The notes under the pieces were generated by a model. It had not been told where the DNA came from and ran no database searches. It saw nothing but the letters and a program-made list of their open reading frames with translations. Shown in pieces: positions 1 to 10,671 of a stretch of 64,000 nucleotides of DNA. The stretch is from Macrostomum lignano. Taxonomy: Eukaryota. Where the stretch lies: contig NIVC01000211.1 in the NCBI GenBank assembly GCA_002269645.1, positions 62,001 through 126,000 on the forward strand. Direction: 5' to 3'. The position numbers and the translations under genes are program-made. Position 1 is the first letter of the stretch; each line of letters begins with the position of its first letter.

Positions 1-109
1 GCGGTGATCGCCAGGAGTTTCCCAACAGCAATGCAATTGCGTGTCCGTGTGGTTGTAAATTTCACTTCTCAGAGTGGCATGTGTAGCGCAATTGATTCAG
101 GTTCTCGGG

Positions 110-1062
110 CATAGGCGTAGAAACGGGGGGACCGTTTATTTTTGGGTCATACCCCCCCCACTTTTTAAAGTAGGGGGCCAGTAATGGTATCTGGCCCCTT
201 TACATTTTAAATGCAAAATATATGTAGACTTTTTGCTTATTTTTTACTCTGATCCTTTTTTGGTTTTTGCTGGTTTGCATGTTCGATCATGCATTTTGTT
301 GCAGAGCCACCCATTCAAACAAACAATTTGTACGTGGAAGGATGGCACCTATAATCGGCTTCACGAAATTCTACCACGAGGTGAAGCTGCTGCACGACGA
401 GGGGATCAATTAAGGTCGTCACTGTTGGGATGCACCTGCTCAGCCAAAGGTGCTTTTCGCCGCCGCTAGCTGCAGATTTGCAAAGCAAAGACGTACACCG
501 CCGGCAGTGGAGGTTCTCGCGTTGTGGAAGAATGATTGTACCGTGCTGGATCTCAAACAGCACAGCGCTGCTGCGTGATTGAGTCGCCTCAACTCGCTCT
601 CCGATCTCAACGCTGGCTCGAGTACTATAAAATAACGGAAGCTATTTAGCACGCGGTAGCGGACAGACGGTGGCAGAAAATTACGACGATGCAGCGGCCA
701 ACGCGAGGATATGTACATGTATACTCAGTGACGTCGGATTGCTGTACAATTTACTACCCAGTTCCTGTTGCCTAAACCGATCATTCGCCGAAAAACTTGC
801 TGCCGTTGAAATCTCAATTGTTCGCTGTCACCACCGCGAGAATTCGCAGAGAAGAATCCGGTAAGATCAGTTAGCTTGAAAATAGCTACTGTAGTAGCCC
901 ATGAACTCTTCTTGAGATAGGATCTCTTGGATCTGAATGCTGTTTGAGAGTCGTGCATGTCGGATCAGTCTAAATAACAGGATTTATTCCAGAAATTGGT
1001 GCACGTTTCGCGTTTTGCCAAACGACTAAACTAGCTGTTGCGCGGGTATTTCTACGCAATCA
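110..1062 (-). mobile_element. Possible highly degraded hAT-type DNA transposon relic
   Basis: Left end CATAGGCGTAGAAAC followed by G/C-run subterminal sequence. A partial inverse match (TTTCTACGC) lies at 1049-1057. Broken minus-strand frames give weak hAT C-terminal-like peptides (RLNHAAALC; TSTAGGVRLCFANL). No TSD found. Confidence 0.25.
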
Positions 1063-1081
1063 ATCGAGTTCTAGCAGACTA

Positions 1082-1899
1082 CGAGGTGTATTCAAAAAAA
1101 ATGTACGTGACCTCATATCTCAGCTCCCTGAGCAGGTACGAAATTCTATTTTCACAATTTTTCAACATATTCTCCCTCGAGTTCGATGCAATTTTTGCAG
1201 GGATCTATCCACTTCCTGAAGGCCAGGGCAATGGCTTCTGCTGGAAGACCTCTCACAACCCGTTCCGACTCGTGCCTGACTGAGTTGTCAGCAAGCTGGA
1301 TGACCAATAACTCTTGTTTTGCTTTACGAAAGAGCCAGAAGTATGTGGGAGCCAATTCTGGCAAGTACAGCGGATGAGGAAGTACATGGATCAAGTATAT
1401 TCTCTTTAGAAAACTCCTCACGCTTTCTGCTCCAGCGACAGCAGCCGGTCAGGGAACCCCCAGCGCTCGCTCTTCTTGTTGGACAGTCCGAGATCTGCGT
1501 GCAGGATCGTGTGGACTGTGCCGACAGACAGGTCAAAGTCTTCAGCCAATTCCTCCATGGTTTTGTGGCGATCAGACTCGACGGCCTCTTGCACAGCTGC
1601 GATGGTCTCTGTGGATCGCCTACTTGTTTTCTTCGCATTGAACCTGCGCTGATCTTCTGTGTACTGGCCGCCCTTCACTTGGCGGATGAGGCAGTAGATT
1701 TGCCTCTCGGACGTAAACAGCTGCTCTTCCGGGTGGGCCATGGCTGAGGCGTCTTTGATCTCTAGGATGCTGTACGCCGCCTTTGCCATGTCACAAGCAA
1801 CAATGTGTGAGCTTGGGTCATGGCAGTAACAGAACACCTTGGAACGAGTAGCTGGCTAGAGATATCCAGCCACTGACATTTGTTTTTGAAAACACCTCG
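1082..1899 (-). mobile_element. Internally deleted Tc1/mariner (mariner-type) element, 818 bp
   Basis: 17-bp TIRs CGAGGTGTATTCAAAAA (1082-1098) and TTTTTGAAAACACCTCG (1883-1899), 1 mismatch, with TA on both sides. ORF 1418-1837 encodes the HTH region (…TMEELAEDFDLSVGTVHTILH…ERWGFPDRLLS, cf. WVPRLL). ORF 1152-1421 encodes HPLYLPELAPTYFWLF…CIELEGEYVEK (cf. HPPYSPDLAPSDFWLF). The central catalytic segment is missing. Confidence 0.92.
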
Positions 1900-3326
1900 T
1901 AGTATATGCATGTACTTCTAAATGCCAAAAAAACTAAAAAATATCAAAATGAAGGAAGCTGCTGATGGTCAGATAAAATATTAGTTCGGTCTTGCAATTT
2001 AAAAGTAGGGCCGGGCCTTAAAAGAATAGGAATTGTTTCCACTCTAGTCTGCAAAGCATTCAATCAATCGCATCCTTCAATCAAAGAAGGAAAATAGTTT
2101 ACATTTGACATCAAATAACAAAATAAAAGAGGATATGTCATGCTTGATTAGTCTCCAAAAAAAATCGATGTGTCGGAGCCGCCCTTTCGCTTTTCTATCC
2201 GAGGACTACTATCGTCAATTTGAGCTATGTGGTCGTTGGGGAGTCATTGAAAATCTCATCTCTTTAGGTCTCAATTGACTCCAGTGGGATATAGCTAATT
2301 ATGGGATAAATGAGAATCTTATATGTCAACTCTGATACCATATATTGGATTGTTCTGCATTAAAAATGTGAATAATAATGATCTTCAAATTCCTAAACAA
2401 TGCCAACGTGCTTCTCAGTGTACGCGTCATTGGCAAATTGCTATTTTTAGCCAAACTGCTCAAGTACCAATAATTACTTGATCAATAATTGCTTGAAGGC
2501 TTAAATTGAAGCCATCCGGAGAGTTGCATCATGCCAGGCAGTCAGTGCTGCATTGACCAGACAATGTGAACACTCTGGTAGGCCTTGCCGTCCATTGACG
2601 AGCTCCACAGCTTCAGCTGGAACTTGTTGACAACGACAAGCTTGGAACAGCGCCTGACAGCATTCGATCCGACGGTGTTGTCGATGAACTGAGACTCTCC
2701 ACGCTCAGCGGCTTGCATCAATATCATGTGGCAGGTGCAGTACAACGGCAAGGTTTTTCAGCTGCACCAGATCCTTGGCTTCAGTGGCGTATGAGAAGAT
2801 CCATGCCCTCATGGACCACACGCATGTTGTGCAGAATTGTTACATATGGAGGCGATAGATATGATGATGATATTATGATGTTTTTTGAGCATGTTCAACC
2901 CTCTCGCTTAAAGCTGCATTACAGTGTAATTAAGATGAGTTACTAATGTGCAAGAGCATAGTTAGAGCATGCCTAGCTTTTCACTACATGTAATAATATG
3001 CTTTAACTCTTATACTTCAGGAGCAGCTGCAGCGTGCAGGTTTCTATATTGTTAAATATTTATACGGTCAAAACCCCGTGCTTGTCACTACATTTATATA
3101 TTCTTGGGCTGTAATTATACTCACGTACAGAGTTTCGAAGGCATAAAACTTAAACCCTTTCTGCATTTACTTATTATTCTTCGTATGCTATATTATGCAT
3201 GCAAAAATAATATCATTTAATATGCATTGAAAGCATGAAAGTAATTCATATCAGTACACAATAATTAGCGAGTAACAACCGCGTGTTCAAGTAGACCACA
3301 TCCGACTATAGATTGCCGCGAGCCCA

Positions 3327-3797
3327 CTACTGAACAAATCCTTTGTTGTCGAAAGCTGCAGGAGCAGCGGCAGCTGGACTACGACTCATCCTTCGACTGG
3401 CTGCCAGCTGCATTGCCCTGGCCGTCACGCTGTCGATGTCCGACTCTGTGGCGTCGCTGTCGGTTGAACCGAACTCCGAACCAGACTCAGCGTTCTCATC
3501 GTTGTCCTCGCCTGCACCAACTACAACTCGAACTTCAGCAGCAGAATTTCGATGAGCGGCACCAGCTGGACTGGCCGAATACTCGGCTGGCGTTTTTCTA
3601 CGCCTCATGGCAATTGCGATGCAGTGCCCGATGCAGGTGAGGCTGAGCAATAAGAAGATTGTGATGACAAACATGAGCACAGCAATAAGCAGGTTTCCAT
3701 CGGGTTGGCCAGCTGAAGTTTGCGGGGCCTGGCCGGGCACTGGAGCCGCTGTTGGGTAGGCGGTGTCGCACGCCAGCCAGGACTGAGTGCCGCCCAT
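3327..3797 (-). CDS. Intronless orphan single-pass membrane protein, 156 aa
   Basis: ATG at 3797, GC-rich ORF. One hydrophobic segment (LLIAVLMFVITIFLLLSLTCIGHCIAIA) is followed by RRRK, then an acidic Ser-rich tail ending FDNKGFVQ. No cleavable signal peptide. A TATA box lies upstream. Confidence 0.7.
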   Translation of the reverse strand: MGGTQSWLACDTAYPTAAPVPGQAPQTSAGQPDGNLLIAVLMFVITIFLLLSLTCIGHCIAIAMRRRKTPAEYSASPAGAAHRNSAAEVRVVVGAGEDNDENAESGSEFGSTDSDATESDIDSVTARAMQLAASRRMSRSPAAAAPAAFDNKGFVQ

Positions 3798-3885
3798 GCT
3801 TATTGCGCTCTCTTGCAATTGTAGATTCTCTCTACTGAGAAGTTCCAATCTCAAATTGTTCCTTAAGCATGCTTCTAAAACGGTC

Positions 3886-3892
3886 TTTTATA
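3886..3892 (-). promoter_or_regulatory. TATA box (TATAAAA) of the 3327-3797 gene
   Basis: Minus-strand TATAAAA about 90 nt upstream of the ATG at 3797. Confidence 0.5.
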
Positions 3893-4459
3893 CACACAAG
3901 TTAAAGCACATGACTGCGCGAGGTGTGCTAAATGCCTGACCAAATCCACGCACTCATTTTGAGTGAAATAGCTCTTGCTCTGAGAGAAAATCTTTGGGTC
4001 CATGAAAAAACTTTTGCATTATTGTTAAGCTGCCCGCAGAGGGTTAAGGACGCGCGGTTTTGGTCAAATAAATCGATTTATTAAATCGCTGCCGGCCCAC
4101 TAACATTTGCGTACAGACTTCCACGTGGTTAAGCAAACATTGCTGAAAAAAAACGTTTGTCACCTTCAAAAAAGCATTGTATAGTTTTGCTTGCCGTCCA
4201 AGTAAGCTCTATGCATTCCATTCTCTTCAGAGTTTACTCAAAACAAAAACTTAATGTAGCATTTTCCTAAGCCGACTGTTTTTCTGCCCAAAGTATCTGC
4301 ATGTGTAAGCATCTGAACTCCCAAAGCAAAATTAATTATAAATTCCACAGTTTTCTTAAAAAGAACTCTAAAAACTGCAATCACGAATTCATTTACCTCA
4401 GATCAACATGTAGGTATACCAAATGGCATGTGTTCGGTTTACATCAGTATAGCAATTGG

Positions 4460-5170
4460 GTCGATCAGCAAACTTATTGCCTCAATGGCCAGATAAAACA
4501 TCCAGCTCATGTCTGCGGGCCGGATGAGAGTGGAAAGGAGAGGAAATAGGGGAGAGAAAGAAAGAGGAGATGAGATATGACAAACGAGAGGGGAGGTGAG
4601 AGGCGAGATGAGTGAGACGAAAGGAGATAATCGGAGAGGAGGGGAGAGGAGAGGTGAGGAGAGGAGAGGAGAGGAGAGGAGAGGAGAGGAGAGGAGAGGA
4701 GAGGAGAGGAGAGGAGAGGAGAGGAGGGAGAGGAGAGGAGAGGAGAGGAGAGGAGAGGAGAGGAGAGGAGAGGAGAGGAGAGGAGAGGAGAGGAGAGGAG
4801 AGGAGAGGAGAGGAGAGGAGAGGAGAGGAGAGGAGAGGAGAGGAGAGGAGAGGAGAGGAGAGGAGAGGAGAGGAGAGGAGAGGAGGGAGAGGAGAGGAGA
4901 GGAGAGGAGAGGAGAGGAGAGGTGAGGAGAGGAGAGGAGAGGAGAGGAGAGGAGGGAGAGGAGAGGAGAGGAGAGGAGAGGAGAGGAGAGGAGAGGAGAG
5001 GAGATAAGAGGAGATAAGAGGAGAGAGCCAAGAGAGGAGAGGAGAGGAGAGCAGGAGAGATAACTGAGAAGTGGTGAACCTTGAGCGGGCCGGATTGCCA
5101 CTCTATTAAAGTGTCGGAGGACCCAAGGGCCGGATAGAGAGGCTTGCGTGCCGGAGATTGCGCACCCCTG
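4460..5170. mobile_element. Degenerate hAT-type MITE carrying an (AGAGG)n tract; same family as 58579-59209
   Basis: 5' part GATCAGCAAACTTATTGCCTCAATGGCCAGAT matches GATCAGCAAACTTTTTACCTCAAGGGCCAGAT at ~58583. 3' part GGGCCGGATTGC…GGGCCGGATAGAGAGGCTT…CACCCCTG matches the end of the 58579 copy. Left TIR and TSD are eroded. Confidence 0.65.
4548..5070. repeat. Polypurine (AGAGG)n microsatellite
   Basis: Long near-perfect GAGAG/AGAGG run. It explains the SSPLL/RGEER junk ORFs. Confidence 0.97.
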
Positions 5171-5451
5171 GTCTATATTTTATACCTAGCCGTCCTTCAG
5201 TGTGTGCTTTCATTCAAACGAGCATTAGCGCATTTCGTAATGCACCCGACAAGGCACCTGGTCACAAAGTCGTTCTTGATTGATACACTCAAAGTATCAC
5301 CCGCTCTATATAGAGTTCGACATGATCGACTGTTTTTATAAATGCGAATTACCCTGCTTATCTGGATAAGCTTTCATGGGGCCTCAAACCCCAGCGGAAA
5401 ATTATAGGGAGGAGACAAACATTACATGAACTCGTAATAGCGCTTGATGTT

Positions 5452-5611
5452 CAGGGGCGTAGCCAAGGGGGGACAATGGCGGACATGTCCCCCCGCCCCC
5501 TGGAGGGTGGTAAAATTTTTATTGCCTTTGTCATTTGATTTCCATCGCTAACATCGGAGACGGATTATGTTTCTGTCCCCCAACCCTGACCTGAATCCGG
5601 CTACGCGCCTG
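5452..5611. mobile_element. hAT-type MITE, 160 bp
   Basis: 13-bp TIRs CAGGGGCGTAGCC / GGCTACGCGCCTG (1 mismatch). Perfect 8-bp TSD TTGATGTT at 5444-5451 and 5612-5619. Confidence 0.9.
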
Positions 5612-7533
5612 TTGATGTTTCATCTTTTTACAGTGAGTTAGACATTAATTAATAGGCCGTATACGAGTATCAATGAAAAATCATTTTAAAAAGACAAGCA
5701 AGGATCAAACGACAAAGGAACTGTAATTGCTACCCTTTTAATCATTTTATTTATTCATTAGTTCATTTATTTTCTATTGTGGAGATCTAGAATACGAACT
5801 CCAGTCGTCCAAAAATCCAATGGGTAAATGACACAACCAGATAAAATAAAAAAAGAATAAGTTGCGCATGTTAAATATTCGCGACACAAACACATTACTA
5901 AAAATCAGTTGTAAATGCAACTAATAATCTGTTTTATGTACTTTTTAGGGTAGTTCTTAATGTTCTTTAACTAAAAATTACCACCAGGCAACAAGTTTTA
6001 TTAAAACTTTTGTTTTAATGCGTTAACTTAGTCTGGTTTGCGCATTTTGCGAGCTAGTACTATTTGTTATAATTTTTTTTTCAAAGCAGCCACTATTGGT
6101 ATAAATAACGCAACTTCAGCAAATAGTGACAATTTTTTCAGGCCCCATTTATATGTTGACTCGCAATTGCTAATTCCTCTATCTAGTGATTATTCTCAAA
6201 GTTTATATACTGACATTTAACTGTTGTTTAGCTGATTGAATAAAAATTTAAAATTCACCTCGTGAGTTTTTAGAATCGCGCTATCATCAATTAGACCTAA
6301 AGCACTATCGTTTATCGAAAACGTATTATTTTAATATTGACTGTTCTATTACTTTTCCTTTGTGTTATTTATGATGAAATATCCTTGTGCATGCCCAGTA
6401 AACTTTTAGTGTAAACTTTGTTTAGCAATTTCTTAATCCCTACCAACATAAATAAATAGGTACTTATTTTCGAAAACTTAGGATTAAGGATTTTAAACTT
6501 TGATATCTAGTAGGGCCTACTATGTCTTTACTAGTAGGTCTACATTAATCTTGTAATATAAGTTGAGGCCAAAATACAATTTTGACTAAGCCTAGGCTAA
6601 AGTACCTGGGTAAGGTTGGCTTGCAAAATCAAGACCAAGACAATTTATAGACCAATTTCCTAGGCCTGTTTTCTTAATGTTAGCTAATGCCAGTGCTACT
6701 AGGCCTATTGCTAGTGCTAGGCCTAGTGTACCTAGTTTTTATCAAAATGCTGTTGACCCTTTATTATTTAGGTCTAAGTCAAGGCATTGTAATATGGCTA
6801 TAGAATATTAGGCCAACCTATAAAATATCAAGTTTTTTAAGTTTATTATTAAACTATTTTTTAATTGTTATATAATAATATATCAATATTAAACTATTTT
6901 TTAATTGTTATATAATAATATATTAAAATGAATATAAAAATTATAGTTGAGAATGCAAAACCAACCTAGGTTAAAAACATTATTTATATTTTATAGTTAG
7001 GTTTTAAAGAATAAGATCAAACCAAGACTCTAGAAGGTTATATAGGCCCCTATATGCCAGAATCTAGGGTCCAGATCATATAATAGTGTATGCTGGAACA
7101 TAAATCCTATCTCAGCTAAATGTATGCCAATGGCAATGTATGCCAAAAAAGTATTCTAAATTATATGCCAGCATATCTTATAAAGTTTTTCGGTTTTCAT
7201 AAATAGAGTTTCCTATGAAGGCTTTTGTATAAAACATCTTGAAAATATTTTAAGTATTTTCATTTTAAGCAAATTTAAACTATACCTATATGTATAGAAT
7301 AATGCAAAATTTATATTTTTAGCAATAAGTTATACTATATTTATTGTTAATTTTAAAGAAGCAAAAAGGCTATCATTGACTTTTAAGACAATATCAATTT
7401 TTCTTTATTTTATATAAAAGCATTAATTTACATTACAGTTTTCAAGCATATAATAAATTTATTCACCAAAATTTATACGCAAAATATAGCATGAATTTGT
7501 ATGCCTAAAAATTGTAAGAATTTGTATGCCAAC

Positions 7534-9418
7534 TTTGAAAAGAATCATTTGTATACTGGAATTTTCTAGTGTCTGGGGTACTTGTACCAGTGCTCTAGTA
7601 GCTTTTCAATCCCTTCAGCAAAGAATTCTTTGGTGGTACTTCTAATATATTGGCTGACAGCAGAGGCTAGGGCCTGTATGCTATCATAATGGGGACCTCA
7701 GGGTAACTCCTTCATCTGCCCAAACAGCCAGTAGTCATTCAGTGCTAAGTCTATAGTGATAGATCAAAATTATTTTTCAAATCAAAATCAAAATCAAAAT
7801 CTTCGGTTTTTTAGAATCAAAATCAAAATTGAAATTGAAATCGAAATTTTTTGAGCTTAACAAATTTTTACTTTTTTGCTAATCATGCAAAAAGGTTAAT
7901 ACCTTGCCTCTGCATGTATGAGCTTACATGTTTTATAAAAAGTATCTTTGATATGTTTAAACCAGAATACTTAAGATTTAACTTACTTTAAAAATGCAAA
8001 ATAGAAAATGCTGGTGTATTATGTATTATACACTCGTATATAGAAATATAGTAGAAGTTGTATTATACTTCACCACTGTTTAAGCTGAAGATCTAGATAC
8101 AAGTAGCCTATATCCATTTTATTAAGGCTTTAAGTCTTTAGGCCAATTAAAATCCATGTTGATGAGTTCAGCCAATAGGCTTGTGGAGGTTAAGGTGGGT
8201 GCAGCACAAGGCCTGGAACAGTGTGTACCCAGCATAATCTTTTCTTGTAGAAAAGGCAATACTCACCTCCCCACTGAGTCTTTGAACCGCACTTCCTTTC
8301 ATTTCCTATAGATTTTCTTACTCGTGTAGCATGATCATCAATGTCTAAATTGTTAAAATATAAACAAAATTTTGAAATGATTTTCAATGAATGGTGTCAA
8401 AATTCAAAATCAAAATCAGCAAATCAGCAATTATTTCAATGCAAAATTAGCTTCAAAAAAATTCAGAAAATTGAAATCGAATTTCAATCTATCACTATAA
8501 GTCTGGCAAGTAGTGTGGGTTGTTGTCCTATTGTCCCTGGTCAGCTTGCCTTGGTGCTTAGTCTTGATGGCTTGGTGCAAATTCTCTAGCACTTAGATGT
8601 AATAAGTATTGGTAATGGTAGTGCGACGTGGAAGCCAGTCAATGAGCAGAATGCCTCCTTGTCCCAGAAGATGGTTGCCATCTGCTTTCTAGCCAATGGT
8701 GCAGCCAGGGCCTTCACTGGGGTGGGCTCTCCAGCTGCCTTCCAGACGTTGCTCTGCATCTTCGACTCTGGCTCATGTAATGGATCCACAACTCATCCCC
8801 AGTCACAATTTAATCCAAAAAGTTTGGGTTGTCGCGGTAGGCTTGCAGGAGCTGCTGACATACATAGACCCGCTTGTGCTGCTGATCATCTGTCAGAAGC
8901 TCCGGGACCCAATGAGCAACAACTCGCGACATCCCAAGCTTGGCTGTGAGAATTTTGTGAACTGCTGTATAAAAAATATACCCACAGTCTCTGCCAGTTC
9001 ATGCATGGTGATCCGACAGTCAACATTAAGTGCCTGATGTACACACTTGATATTAGACCATGGTGGCTGGCCTTCCACTATGTGGTAGATCTTCAACTGT
9101 CTCCTAGCCATCCTCAAACTGCTGCACCACTTGCTGACCATCAACTTCAAAGGGGTCATCTTCACCATATCCTGCATGCAACTGGTGAACAATGTTGGCC
9201 TGTTGCTTCCCTTCTTTCTACAAGAACCAAATTATGCTTTGCTTGGCTTCTTCGTAACTTAAAATGACTGCTGTAAAAAATAACAAGCATACTTGTATTT
9301 GATTGCACTACCATTAAAAGTTATGGGACAAGTGCTGTCTATGGCCTAAAGTATGGTGACTTAACTGCTTTTTGTTTGGAAAAATGTTTGTCCACAAACT
9401 TTTCAAACGACCCATGTA
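7534..9418 (-). mobile_element. Degenerate mariner element interrupted by a MITE
   Basis: Right TIR ACTTTTCAAACGACCCATG+TA at 9398-9418, left remnant TTTGAAAAG at 7534. Minus-strand peptides: RITMHELAETVGI (HTH), EPESKMQSNVWK…KQMATIFWD, PDLALNDYWLFGQMKE…KEFFAEGIEKL. Multiple stops and frameshifts. Confidence 0.85.
7754..8497. mobile_element. hAT-type MITE, 744 bp, nested in the mariner
   Basis: TIRs TAGTGATAGAT / ATCTATCACTA. TSD TAAGTCTA (7746-7753) / TAAGTCTG (8498-8505), 7/8. Subterminal (AAATC)n repeats at both ends. Confidence 0.85.
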
Positions 9419-10671
9419 TTATAAAAAGATTTTGTTTAAAAAGAATGTTTTCAAAAAATTTAAAACATTTTTAATAGCAGTTTTCAATCATTCAATCATT
9501 TCAATCAAAGTGGCATAACATTGGTGCCATAGTTTGAATTATGTATCAGTGTACACTAGGACTAAAAATGTTTTCAACTATGTATACCAAAGTTGTATGC
9601 TATTTTTCATTTTTGCTTTTTATTAGTTGTGCAGATTAACAAACTTAAATGTTATATACTTGCAACATGCACTGAAAAAAGACAATTTCTATAAAATAAA
9701 TACTCTAAATATTTATAAAATAAAAATTAGGAAAAACAAGGTTTTTAACGCACAAAGTTTAAAAAGTTTTTTATTATTCTTTGTTCCATGTTGATGGTGT
9801 TGCATATAGGATATTTTTATATAAAGTCACCTTTTTAATTTTAATTTATTGTTCCATCATAAGGGGGTCTATATGCTGTAGGCATAATCAAAACTATGGT
9901 TTATTCCAATTTTCTATATTCAATAGCCATGGGGACCCCAATATTACCAGATTCCCATAATTCCTCTAGCTATAGTTTTAACAAAAAGTCTAGGAAACAA
10001 AATATTAATATTTTGTCATTAGACAATTTAAGGAATTTTCTACCCATTTTATACTTAAGCTTATGCCATAGAAAAATAACTATTTTTAATTATTTTTAAA
10101 TAACATGTTTTTTTAAACAACAGAAATTTTTTCATATAAAAATTATGGTGATATTTAAATAAAATTTTACTAAATTTTTTCAATAAACACATTTGGTTTA
10201 TATGTTGTTTAACCTTGTTTTAAATAATAAATATTATATTATTCATTGTAATTTCATAGAACTAATAGCAATTAAATATATGCAACTATGTTAAAAGCAT
10301 CTTCTTTTCGATTTTATGCCAATTTTTCTACAATTGTTTCTTAAGCTATGCATGTACACTAAGGCTGATTTAGGACTAAGTTTTTGCTAGAAAATTCTAG
10401 CATAGACTAAGGCATTTTGTACCAACCCAAATTCGTGGTTAGATTAAAAATCTTTACTATATATCTGTTCTACTTTCTACTTCTGTTCTATATATATATG
10501 ATAAGATAAAATATTTCATTAAAGTTTTTTATTTTATGGTTTATGGCACATTTTAGAAACATCTAGCATAAGTGAAACAAAATGAAGCATTGGGAACTTT
10601 TTTACCCCATGATCATTGTGCATTACACACTTTCCTAGCAAACTTAGCAGAACTGTCTGGATTCCACAATC

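Noticed and set aside
2542-2830. GC3-rich minus-strand segment (…FIDNTVGSNAVRRC…) as a gene
   Set aside because: Frames are broken by stops and shifts and I recognise no family. It may be a decayed exon or transposon fragment.
4439-5101. ORFs of SSPLL / RGEER repeats
   Set aside because: Translations of the (AGAGG)n microsatellite.
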